DNA of 61,405 nt from Corallococcus sp. Its GTDB lineage: Bacteria; Bacillota; Clostridia; Christensenellales; CAG-314. The position numbers and the translations under genes are program-made. Below the pieces are notes generated by a model. That model was not told the origin of the DNA. It saw only the letters and a list, made by a program, of their open reading frames with translations, and searched no databases. This document shows, piece after piece, positions 1 to 6,801 of this stretch. The DNA lies in NCBI GenBank assembly GCA_023663205.1, contig JAMPHX010000002.1:1-61405 (forward strand), written 5' to 3'. Within the stretch, counting starts at the first letter, position 1; the number at the start of each line of letters is the position of its first letter.

Positions 1-365
1 CTATTTACATCGATTGGGGCGCATTTATAAATGCCATTATCAACTTTTTACTTATTGCGCTTGTGCTGTTTACCATTGTAAAAGCAATCAACTCGTTTGC
101 AAACAGCGGAAAGAAACTTACAGAAAATTTAAAGAAAAACAGCATTTCCAAGGAAGACAAGGCGGAAATGAAACAACTTGGCATAAATTTGCGCGACAAG
201 CAAGCGGTAGAAGCATACTTTGCAGAAAAGGAAGCAAAAGCCAAAGCCGAAGAAGAAGAGAAACAACGCAAAGAAGCCGAAGCGACCGCAAACGCGCCTG
301 CACCCGTAACCACCGAATCCCTGCTTGCGGAAATCCGCGATTTGCTTGCAAAAGAAACCAAATAA
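1..365 (+). CDS. mscL: Large-conductance mechanosensitive channel MscL (5' end cut by window edge; frame 3)
   Basis: Translation from nt 3 gives IYIDWGAFINAIINFLLIALVLFTIVKAINSF (MscL TM2 region). The ORF ends ESLLAEIRDLLAKETK, the conserved MscL C-terminal helix. A ~60-aa Lys/Glu/Ala-rich linker lies between them. Confidence 0.85.
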   Translation, partial: IYIDWGAFINAIINFLLIALVLFTIVKAINSFANSGKKLTENLKKNSISKEDKAEMKQLGINLRDKQAVEAYFAEKEAKAKAEEEEKQRKEAEATANAPAPVTTESLLAEIRDLLAKETK

Positions 366-413
366 AATCATTTGCAAAAATAACATTAGTTTCAATCAAA
401 TATTTTGACGCAA

Positions 414-458
414 GTAACCCACTGTATCTTACCCACAAGACAGTGGGTTACTTGTTTT
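414..458 (+). terminator. Rho-independent terminator after mscL
   Basis: Perfect 12-bp stem GTAACCCACTGT (414-425) / ACAGTGGGTTAC (440-451) followed by TTGTTTT. Confidence 0.75.
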
Positions 459-788
459 AAAGACTACATTATTTGCAAAATGTATTGTAAAAATATTTAG
501 TTTACCCAAACAAACCGTTATCAAGTTTTGGTCTTAACCACAAACCGTGCCGACGGTTTGCAAGCACACTCTTGTCGCATTTCAACGGCACCTTATTACC
601 AAATTCTTAACACGCACAAATTGCACTACTGCCGTTAAACATCGCTTACACAAAGCGGCAACCTAACCAAATTCACAGTAGTCATTTTAAGTATTTATTG
701 TTTCACTCAAAAACCTTGACATAAGTAAACATATTGGAAAACACCCGTCGCGCTGATTGCAGTTTTTCGTCTTACGTCAAATCATAAC

Positions 789-827
789 CGAAAAACAATT
801 AAAAGCAACGAGTTTTTCTCGTTGCTT
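789..827 (-). terminator. Rho-independent terminator abutting the tRNA-like 3' end at 832
   Basis: Stem AAGCAACGAG (803-812) / CTCGTTGCTT (818-827). On the minus strand the hairpin is followed by TTTAATTGTTTTT. It lies 4 nt past the ...CGCAACCA end of the tRNA-like copy. Confidence 0.55.
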
Positions 828-831
828 CGAT

Positions 832-1023
832 TGGTTGCGGGAATGGGATTTGTAAGGAGCAAAGCGACGGAATAGGGATTTTTGCAAAAAAAATCCCGTC
901 ACCTCATTGTCTGTCACAATTCCTGCGAAATTGCTTGGGACATCACTACGTTCCTTGCACGGGTTATACTTCGCTTCGCTCGGCTGAGGAGCCTGATGAA
1001 CTACCGGACTAGGGGTTCCCGCG
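832..1023 (-). pseudogene. Degenerate tRNA-fMet-like copy with internal insertions
   Basis: The minus strand reads CGCGGGA-ACCCCTAGTCCGGTAGTTCATCAGGCTC-[21-nt insert CTCAGCCGAGCGAAGCGAAGT]-ATAACCCG...[~110 nt]...ACAAATCCCATTCCCGCAACCA. The 5' and 3' ends align to the tRNA-fMet at 5820-5897. D and T stems do not pair. The acceptor stem keeps pairing through a G7>A / C66>T double change. Confidence 0.4.
970..994. repeat. 25-bp motif TTCGCTTCGCTCGGCTGAGGAGCCT, copy 1 (identical copy at 5942-5966)
   Basis: Exact 25/25 identity between 970-994 and 5942-5966. In both places the motif follows a tRNA-fMet 5'-half-like sequence on the minus strand. Confidence 0.8.
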
Positions 1024-1107
1024 ACAACGATTTGCGCAGCAAATCTTGCAACCGCGGTTTTTGCGGTTATATAAAACAAAAAGTACCGAGGACTACTCGA
1101 TACTTTC

Positions 1108-1134
1108 AATGGTTGCGGGGATGGGATTTGAACC
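1108..1134. repeat. attL core (27-bp direct repeat AATGGTTGCGGGGATGGGATTTGAACC)
   Basis: Identical 27/27 to 5818-5844. It corresponds to the T-loop through CCA end of tRNA-fMet (reverse complement GGTTCAAATCCCATCCCCGCAACCA). Confidence 0.85.
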
Positions 1135-1216
1135 GTCTAAGATATAAAAAACCAACTCCGCTTACAGTCCAAATTACAGGCTTAAAACAACAAAAATACA
1201 TTTTAGGCAAAACTGC

Positions 1217-1238
1217 TGACACTCGTTTTGACACTCAC
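1217..1238 (+). promoter_or_regulatory. Putative integrase arm-type sites (2x TGACACTC), left arm
   Basis: TGACACTCGTTTTGACACTCAC lies ~85 bp inside attL. The same tandem TTTGACACTC pair occurs ~105 bp inside attR (5691-5714) in the same orientation. Confidence 0.4.
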
Positions 1239-1409
1239 TTTATTTAACTATATTTTTCCATATTTCCAGCGCCCGACATGTCGGGCGCATTTTATTAGAT
1301 CGAATTTACTTTACCTATGTATACGCAACGCACTTGCCGCAAATTGTCCGCGCGGCTTCGCTTCTTGCGCGGAAAATTTGTTTTTCGGCACTAGTGCGTT
1401 GCTTGCTAT

Positions 1410-1853
1410 CTATCGTCGTTGACGTTCGTCATACCATATAGGCGCATTTTCTTTTAGTCGGAAATCCTCGTAATCCTCGATACGTCCATATGCAACATAC
1501 TTGTCTGTTATCTCGGCTACAATGTTAAATTCGGGCGGGCGGATTGTGTCCCAAGCCTCATCGTAAAACGTCAAAATGTAATTGACATCAAAATATGCAT
1601 TTCGATTGCGAGCACGGGCTATTGCGTAGTTTTCAACAGCCAATTCACACATTTTAGCGAGTGCGTCTTGCCGTATGTTTTTTATTAACAAATATATGCT
1701 TATTATCTCTGCGCGCATTTCTTCCGAGGTTTGCTTTTTGTAAAATTGCGGCGTTATTGTGCGACAAATTAAGTAAATTGTTTTCGCTATACGGCTTTTA
1801 TCTTGCTCGGAAGTTATGCTATTTAAAGTTATAGTTAAATCGTTCATAGCCAC
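1410..1853 (-). CDS. Hypothetical island protein (147 aa)
   Basis: Intact ORF, 2 nt downstream of the replisome-organizer gene on the same strand. No recognisable motif. Confidence 0.6.
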   Translation of the reverse strand: MAMNDLTITLNSITSEQDKSRIAKTIYLICRTITPQFYKKQTSEEMRAEIISIYLLIKNIRQDALAKMCELAVENYAIARARNRNAYFDVNYILTFYDEAWDTIRPPEFNIVAEITDKYVAYGRIEDYEDFRLKENAPIWYDERQRR

Positions 1854-1855
1854 TC

Positions 1856-2575
1856 CTAAATCTTTGCAAGTTCGTCAATCCAACTCTCTGGCGGCTCGGT
1901 CTTCGTTTTACCTTTGCCCTGCTCATATGTACCCCAGTAACGCAAAAGCGATTTCCAATTTTTGACGCCTTGCCAGTTTTCCTTTTCGTAGTAGTAAAAA
2001 AATCTTGCAGGGTCTACGGCACTGTTTATTTCTTTGCAATAGTTTTCTACTTCTTCAAATGTCGGCGGAATAAAAGTATTTTGTGTGTTTTGTTTTAGCG
2101 GATTTTCCGCTATAAAACTCTCTCCTTGGCTAATCTTAACTGGATTAAACTCATCTAAACTATACTGTGGCGACAAATTTGCATTTTTGGCTGACAAATC
2201 CGCGTTTTTGTCGGCAAGGTTGTTGCCAACAAGAAAACTATACGGCTTGCCCTTTTCAATTAAAAGCAATCTTTTTTCGTTTGTATACAGTGTGTCTTTT
2301 CTACGTGACGGGCGTATCTGATTGCTTACCAACCAATCACGCACTACAACGGGATTACCTTTTCCGAAAGACAGTAAAAAGCCGTTTGTTATAAGTTCGT
2401 CAAGGTGCTTTTGTTCGCAACGCGTATTGCGAACAATGCTCCTATAATTGTTTATAAAACCGTCATCGTCGGCGTGTTGGCACAAATGCAAATACAACAT
2501 CTGCGCAGAATGAGACAGTTCAAGAAAGTCGTCGGTCTCTGTCACGTCTACCGAAAACATTCTCCTATTTGCCAT
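1856..2575 (-). CDS. Phage replisome organizer / replication initiation protein
   Basis: The N-terminus MANRRMFSVDVTETDDFLELSHSAQMLYLHLCQHADDDGF matches the Phage_rep_org_N pattern. The C-terminus FEEVENYCKEINSAVDPARFFYYYEKENWQGVKNWKSLLRYW resembles the conserved phage C-terminal module. Confidence 0.75.
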   Translation of the reverse strand: MANRRMFSVDVTETDDFLELSHSAQMLYLHLCQHADDDGFINNYRSIVRNTRCEQKHLDELITNGFLLSFGKGNPVVVRDWLVSNQIRPSRRKDTLYTNEKRLLLIEKGKPYSFLVGNNLADKNADLSAKNANLSPQYSLDEFNPVKISQGESFIAENPLKQNTQNTFIPPTFEEVENYCKEINSAVDPARFFYYYEKENWQGVKNWKSLLRYWGTYEQGKGKTKTEPPESWIDELAKI

Positions 2576-2933
2576 TTTTGTTTACCTCTTTTTTTAATTT
2601 TTCGTAGTGAGATTTTAAAATATTTGCTTTGTTGCGCCAACTTATTATTTCTTCTTGCAATTTGTCCAATTCGTCTTCATCCGATACGTTACCGCCTAAC
2701 TTCTTGCGCAGACGCGCATTTTGTACTTGCAAGTTAAGTATTTTGCGTCGCAATTTGGCAATAGTTGTGTCGCGCTCGGCAAGTTTGCCCGTATAATCTC
2801 CGATATCGGCGGCAAGCCCGAACAGGCACATTGAATAATGCTTTACCAATTCCGTCGTTTGCTCGGTCACCGAAAGCGTTAAATCTTCTTTAATTTCGTT
2901 TACGTTTTTGTATTTGGGTTTAAAGTCTTCCAT
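2565..2933 (-). CDS. Hypothetical coiled-coil protein (122 aa)
   Basis: Intact ORF overlapping the downstream gene start by 11 nt. It has heptad-like charged sequence (KLRRKILNLQVQNARLRKKL). Confidence 0.6.
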   Translation of the reverse strand: MEDFKPKYKNVNEIKEDLTLSVTEQTTELVKHYSMCLFGLAADIGDYTGKLAERDTTIAKLRRKILNLQVQNARLRKKLGGNVSDEDELDKLQEEIISWRNKANILKSHYEKLKKEVNKNGK

Positions 2934-2986
2934 TTGTTTTGCTCCTTTATGTTAGTAGTTATCTGTGAATTTTTAATTGAACGGTT

Positions 2987-3027
2987 GCTCCGACGTCGAG
3001 CAAATTTCACTGTATACAGTGATTTTG
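2987..3027. repeat. IR-L: 41-bp inverted repeat, partner at 4373-4413
   Basis: GCTCCGACGTCGAGCAAATTTCACTGTATACAGTGATTTTG matches the reverse complement of 4373-4413 at 38/41 positions. It contains the palindromes CGACGTCG and TCACTGTATACAGTGA. It is intergenic. Confidence 0.9.
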
Positions 3028-3115
3028 ACGCAACGTCATCGATACCGTGCGCGTTGTTTTTCACTGAATGTTTAGCGGCGTAGTTCATAGACGCCGCAAA
3101 TGTCAATGTGCTTTT

Positions 3116-3448
3116 TCATTCTCCGCCACGTAGCAATTTGTTGAATGTTTCTTCGTACCGTGTAGCAAGTTCGGCAAATCCCTGCTCAAATACAAGTTCG
3201 CAGTCTACTTTGATTTCGTCAAGTATTCCGTGCATTGCATTAAGCAAAGTTGCCTGTACGTTGACATTACGTTCTTTGGCAAGTATCTGCAACAGATTGC
3301 GCAAATCGGATATGCGCAACAACGTAAAGTCACCCATAAAGTTTGATGTCACGTCGACGTCGCGGCGCAGTTGCTCCAACTGCGCGCGCATTTCGTTAAC
3401 TTTTAATTGTAATTCTGTCTGAGGGCTTGTTTTAGTCATTATCCGCAA
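3116..3448 (-). CDS. Hypothetical island protein (110 aa)
   Basis: Intact ORF in the cro-side operon. It overlaps the upstream ORF by 17 nt. Confidence 0.6.
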   Translation of the reverse strand: MRIMTKTSPQTELQLKVNEMRAQLEQLRRDVDVTSNFMGDFTLLRISDLRNLLQILAKERNVNVQATLLNAMHGILDEIKVDCELVFEQGFAELATRYEETFNKLLRGGE

Positions 3449-3632
3449 TCTCCATAACCATATACAAATCCTGTATCTCTCCTTTTACTGTTGGTATTTG
3501 ACTGTCGACGTAATCCGTTAAAGAGTCAAATCTCTTTTTAAATTCCTCATCTTCCATAAGACAGGGGCAAAAGGTTAAGTTTTCAAGATACCTATAAGCG
3601 TACCAGTATACCTCATTTGTTTTCACTTGCAT
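3432..3632 (-). CDS. Hypothetical island protein (66 aa)
   Basis: Intact ORF 2 nt downstream of the cro-like gene. This is the position where an excisionase or regulator is often found, but no HTH is evident. Confidence 0.5.
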   Translation of the reverse strand: MQVKTNEVYWYAYRYLENLTFCPCLMEDEEFKKRFDSLTDYVDSQIPTVKGEIQDLYMVMEIADND

Positions 3633-3634
3633 AG

Positions 3635-3847
3635 TTAATTACCTCCGAAAAATATATTGTTAAGTTCGTCAAAGTCAATGCCGAATATCCTTGACATTTT
3701 AGCCATAGTAAACGGCGTAGGCTTGTAGCGGTTCATTACCCAACCGTTGACGGTAGAAGGCGTTACGCCGATAGCCTCGGCGAACTCCTTTTGCCTATAA
3801 CCTAACTTGCGGATTAACTTAACTAATTGTGCATTGTGTTGTTTCAT
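3635..3847 (-). CDS. XRE-family HTH regulator (Cro-like)
   Basis: LIRKLGYRQKEFAEAIGVTPSTVNGWVMNRYKP is a classic HTH_3 motif. It is 70 aa and divergent from the cI-like gene. Confidence 0.8.
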   Translation of the reverse strand: MKQHNAQLVKLIRKLGYRQKEFAEAIGVTPSTVNGWVMNRYKPTPFTMAKMSRIFGIDFDELNNIFFGGN

Positions 3848-3980
3848 TTTCTTTTACTCCTTATTTTGTATTTAACGCCCCAATATGGGTCGTTTGATAG
3901 AATATACAATATATTTTGGGTCACGTCAACCCATTTTGGGGCAAATATGGTAAAATATATAAAAAAAAGGAGTAGAAACA
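3848..3980. promoter_or_regulatory. Divergent promoter/operator region of the cI-like / cro-like switch
   Basis: CCCA-N3-TGGG half-site palindromes lie at 3879-3889 (CCCAATATGGG) and 3930-3940 (CCCATTTTGGG). TGGGT...ACCCA lies at 3917-3933. A TAAAAT -10-like box sits at 3951-3956 and a GGAG RBS precedes the ATG at 3981. Confidence 0.55.
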
Positions 3981-4328
3981 ATGTTTAAAGTGCTTTTAAA
4001 AAATCTTCGAGAAGAAAAAAAACTAACACAAGAGAATGTTTGCGAAAAACTTAACGTATCAAGAAACTGCTACGCCTCTTATGAGCAAGGGCGCACCGAA
4101 CCAAACATAGAAATGCTTGTAAAGTTAGCCAACTTGTTTGAGTGTTCCGTCGATTATCTGCTCGGCAGGGTGTCCGACATCGATACAATTGAAATACAAA
4201 CAGATTTGACGGAACAGCAAAAAGAGTTGCTAAGCAACTTCGACAGACTCAACACAGAGGGCAAAGCGCGTCTGCTCGGCTACCTGCTTGCCCTGCTCGG
4301 TATGCCTGCGTATTCGCGCAAGCAGTGA
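3981..4328 (+). CDS. XRE-family HTH repressor (CI-like)
   Basis: LREEKKLTQENVCEKLNVSRNCYASYEQGRTEPNIEMLVKLANLFECSVDYLLGR is an HTH_3 domain, followed by a C-terminal oligomerisation-like tail. Confidence 0.8.
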   Translation: MFKVLLKNLREEKKLTQENVCEKLNVSRNCYASYEQGRTEPNIEMLVKLANLFECSVDYLLGRVSDIDTIEIQTDLTEQQKELLSNFDRLNTEGKARLLGYLLALLGMPAYSRKQ

Positions 4329-4372
4329 ATTATACAGGCATTGGGCGCGCCCATCGGAATGGCAGCACAAAG

Positions 4373-4413
4373 CAAAATCACTGTATAGAGTGAAATTTGC
4401 GCGACGTCGGCGC
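4373..4413. repeat. IR-R: 41-bp inverted repeat, partner at 2987-3027
   Basis: CAAAATCACTGTATAGAGTGAAATTTGCGCGACGTCGGCGC lies in the intergenic region between the cI-like gene and int. Confidence 0.9.
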
Positions 4414-4700
4414 CGGATGAGATAATATATTTCACAGAAAGATAACAACGGCAAAAGCCGTGTTTAATAAAATAGCCCGTTGTCGGGCGTTTCAAGATTT
4501 GTCGGACAGAACGGGCAAAGGAGACAATATGAATATAAAAAAATCTTGAAACACTTGCAGCAAGGCTGAAAGAAGATTGCATTGTTTTAAATGCAATACT
4601 CGGCGCAATGGATTGTTACGAAGATTGCGCCGCCGAATACTCCGAACCCTCGGACATGTCAAAACGAATGCCAGCAGTTTTGCCGAAGGAAGGAGAAGAA

Positions 4701-5723
4701 GTGAAAAGATACAAGGGCAAAACAATCCGCCGCCGCTCCGACGGGCGTTGGTGGGTAAGGTTCAGGCAGAACGGCAAACAAGTAAGCGTATACGGCAGAA
4801 CGCAAGCGGAATGTTTGGACAATCTGAAAGAGGCATTGAAACAGCAAAACAAAGGCAATAAGCCGACAAGCAATTTGACGCTCGGAGAATGGCTCGACAA
4901 ATGGCTTAAACTGTACAAGATAGGCAAAGTTAAGCCGTCGACACTCGAACAAATGCAACGCTATTTAAAAGTTGTTGAGCCGATAGCAAACATCAAATTG
5001 AAAAAGTTAACTGCAATAGACGTACAAGAGTTTTTGAACTCGATAGACAAGCCGCGGAAGCGTGAAAAACTGCACTTGTTTTTAAAAGACGCTTTAACAA
5101 AGGCAGTCAAAAACAAGTTAATTACAAGCAATCTGTTTGACGGCGTAACATTGCCCAAGAGAACAAAAAAGCAGTCAATCGCATTAACTCACGAAGAAGA
5201 ACGTCTATTTGTTGCCGAATGTCGGGAACGTCCGCAGGGTGACTTATTTTTATTCTGTTTGTATCAAGGGTTACGGCTCGGCGAAGCGTTGGCATTAACT
5301 TACAGCGACATAGATTTCAATAAAAAGACAATTACGGTAAATAAATCGCTTGACGGTTTCGGAAACGTCACAACGCCCAAAACTGCGACATCGACACGCA
5401 CTTTGCCATTGTTCAACCGTGCGGCTAAACTGCTTAGCAAGACGGGACAAGGAAATATATTTGTATTTCGGCGTAAGACGTATCAAAATACGATGTTGAA
5501 AATATGCGAAAAGTTAAATTTACAAAATGTCAGCGTGCATACTTTACGGCATACATTTGCCACACGTTGCGCCGAAGCAGGCGTTGCCGTGAAAGTCGTT
5601 CAAAAGTGGTTAGGACACTCAACGCTTGAAATGACATTAAATACGTATACTCACGTCAATGCAGATTTCGAGGCGAAAGAAGCAATAAAATTTGACACTC
5701 AATTTGACACTCACGAAGAATAA
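4701..5723 (+). CDS. int: Tyrosine-type phage integrase (ORF open from 4608; probable GTG start at 4701 after a GGAGAAG RBS)
   Basis: The N-terminal arm-binding-like sequence is KRYKGKTIRRRSDGRWWVRFRQNGKQV. The catalytic region is GLRLGEALAL ... HTLRHTFATRCAEAGVAVKVVQKWLGHSTLEMTLNTYTHV (R..HxxR..Y). The gene is adjacent to a tRNA. Confidence 0.9.
   Translation: MKRYKGKTIRRRSDGRWWVRFRQNGKQVSVYGRTQAECLDNLKEALKQQNKGNKPTSNLTLGEWLDKWLKLYKIGKVKPSTLEQMQRYLKVVEPIANIKLKKLTAIDVQEFLNSIDKPRKREKLHLFLKDALTKAVKNKLITSNLFDGVTLPKRTKKQSIALTHEEERLFVAECRERPQGDLFLFCLYQGLRLGEALALTYSDIDFNKKTITVNKSLDGFGNVTTPKTATSTRTLPLFNRAAKLLSKTGQGNIFVFRRKTYQNTMLKICEKLNLQNVSVHTLRHTFATRCAEAGVAVKVVQKWLGHSTLEMTLNTYTHVNADFEAKEAIKFDTQFDTHEE
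5691..5714 (+). promoter_or_regulatory. Putative integrase arm-type sites (2x TTTGACACTC), right arm, inside the int 3' end
   Basis: TTTGACACTCAATTTGACACTCAC is the same tandem motif as at 1217-1238. Confidence 0.4.
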
Positions 5724-5817
5724 TTTTTTCCAAAACAAAAGAAAAACCGCCCATAATTAGGCGGTTAAACTGTGCAAAACTACGCAAATAGACGTTAAAA
5801 GCCGTAGTTTTGCCGCT

Positions 5818-5844
5818 AATGGTTGCGGGGATGGGATTTGAACC
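5818..5844. repeat. attR core (27-bp direct repeat)
   Basis: Identical to 1108-1134. It forms the 3' end of the tRNA-fMet gene. Confidence 0.85.
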
Positions 5845-5897
5845 TCATGACCTTCGGGTTATGAGCCCGATGAGCTACCAGACTGCTCTACCCCGCG
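5820..5897 (-). tRNA. Initiator tRNA-fMet (anticodon CAT)
   Basis: The minus strand reads CGCGGGGTAGAGCAGTCTGGTAGCTCATCGGGCTCATAACCCGAAGGTCATGAGGTTCAAATCCCATCCCCGCAACCA. It has the C1:A72 mismatch and three G:C pairs closing the anticodon stem, both initiator hallmarks. It is 78 nt, with one extra A in the 5' strand of the T stem. Confidence 0.85.
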
Positions 5898-5941
5898 ATA
5901 TAATATTGTTGCCCTGTTTTGTTACGCCATCGGGCTCGGCG

Positions 5942-5966
5942 TTCGCTTCGCTCGGCTGAGGAGCCT
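5942..5966. repeat. 25-bp motif TTCGCTTCGCTCGGCTGAGGAGCCT, copy 2
   Basis: Exact copy of 970-994. Confidence 0.8.
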
Positions 5967-5975
5967 CGATTCGCC

Positions 5976-6004
5976 ACCAGACTGCTCTACCCCGCGATAT
6001 AATA
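5976..6004 (-). repeat. Duplicate of the tRNA-fMet 5' end (first 21 nt) plus 8 nt of upstream TATTATAT box
   Basis: 29/29 identity between 5976-6004 and 5877-5905 (ACCAGACTGCTCTACCCCGCGATATAATA). Confidence 0.85.
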
Positions 6005-6240
6005 CATCTATTAGATGTAACGGTATAATAACATCATTATACGCATTTGTCAACTGTTTATGTAGATTTGGCACAAATACGACAAAAAATGTGATTTTTG
6101 AACAAACGCATAAACTCTGTATGCTCGCCGAGTACGCAAATTTTTTGTCACCCAAGCAAATAAGCCGCAATCACTCGCTATATTACATATTTTGGTATCA
6201 ACTACCGTTTCGGTAAAAGTATTGTCCGTCACCTATTTGT

Positions 6241-6798
6241 TTACATTATGTGCGACTTTGCCAACGCATTGCGCGTAAGATATATACAGCCGTTCATCAG
6301 CACATTGTACACGGGTACGGCAAGATTAACCGCAACGGGTATCAGCCAAAAGTATTTGTAGGCAAGAATATTTTCAAACACCACAGGCGTTACCAAATAC
6401 GTTGCGCCCGCCGTAATTGCAACGGCAACTTCGCACAAAACAAAAAACACAATCCACTTTGCCCAAACGGGAACTCTCGGCACCTCGTTGCCGTCCTTGA
6501 CCCTTTTGCTTTCTGCAAAGACCTTCCACATGGCAAACGGCATTGCGAACGTCACAATAGGGGCAACGTAAACAATATTGCCAAAGCCCAAAATTACGCC
6601 CAATATACTTGCCGCGATGTAGGTAAACACAGAATACAACCCGTATCGGGCGTCTATTACAAGCGGAACCGCTACTGCTACCGAAGCCACTACCGCAAGC
6701 ATAAGCGCAACCCACTTGACGTACGCCGCAAGCCACACGCACAAAACCGCAACCGCCGCGCATACGCCGGATAGGGCAATAAGTTTGGTTTTATTCAT
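6241..6798 (-). CDS. Integral membrane protein, ~5-6 TM (possibly ECF S-component/TrpP-like; unverified)
   Basis: 185 aa, almost entirely hydrophobic helices. It is the last gene of the trpS-led operon (3-nt gap to the upstream gene). Confidence 0.7.
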   Translation of the reverse strand: MNKTKLIALSGVCAAVAVLCVWLAAYVKWVALMLAVVASVAVAVPLVIDARYGLYSVFTYIAASILGVILGFGNIVYVAPIVTFAMPFAMWKVFAESKRVKDGNEVPRVPVWAKWIVFFVLCEVAVAITAGATYLVTPVVFENILAYKYFWLIPVAVNLAVPVYNVLMNGCIYLTRNALAKSHIM

Positions 6799-6801
6799 AT
6801 A

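Larger units (their letters stand above)
1108..5844. mobile_element. 4.7-kb integrative island in the 3' end of tRNA-fMet (int, cI-like, cro-like, replisome organizer; no structural genes)
   Basis: Bounded by perfect 27-bp direct repeats. It carries a tyrosine integrase at the tRNA-proximal end, a divergent XRE-family pair and a phage replisome-organizer gene. No capsid, terminase or lysis ORFs are present. Confidence 0.8.

Noticed and set aside
832-1023. A group I intron-containing tRNA-fMet, as in cyanobacteria, or a tmRNA.
   Set aside because: The anticodon-loop insert is only 21 nt and the whole unit is 192 nt, far too short for a group I intron. There is no G3:U70 pair, tag ORF or T arm as needed for tmRNA, and the D and T stems do not pair. 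It is kept as a scar or tRNA-like oddity only.
2900-3106. A 68-aa minus-strand ORF spanning IR-L inside the island.
   Set aside because: It overlaps the start of the 122-aa gene, has a basic low-complexity composition with no RBS, and covers the inverted repeat. The repeat is more plausibly a DNA site than coding sequence.
4608-4700. The N-terminal 31 codons of the integrase ORF (MDCYEDCAAEYSEPSDMSKRMPAVLPKEGEE).
   Set aside because: A GGAGAAG Shine-Dalgarno sequence followed by GTG at 4701 gives the typical integrase N-terminus (KRYKGKTIRRRSDGRWWVRF). The upstream extension is probably untranslated.
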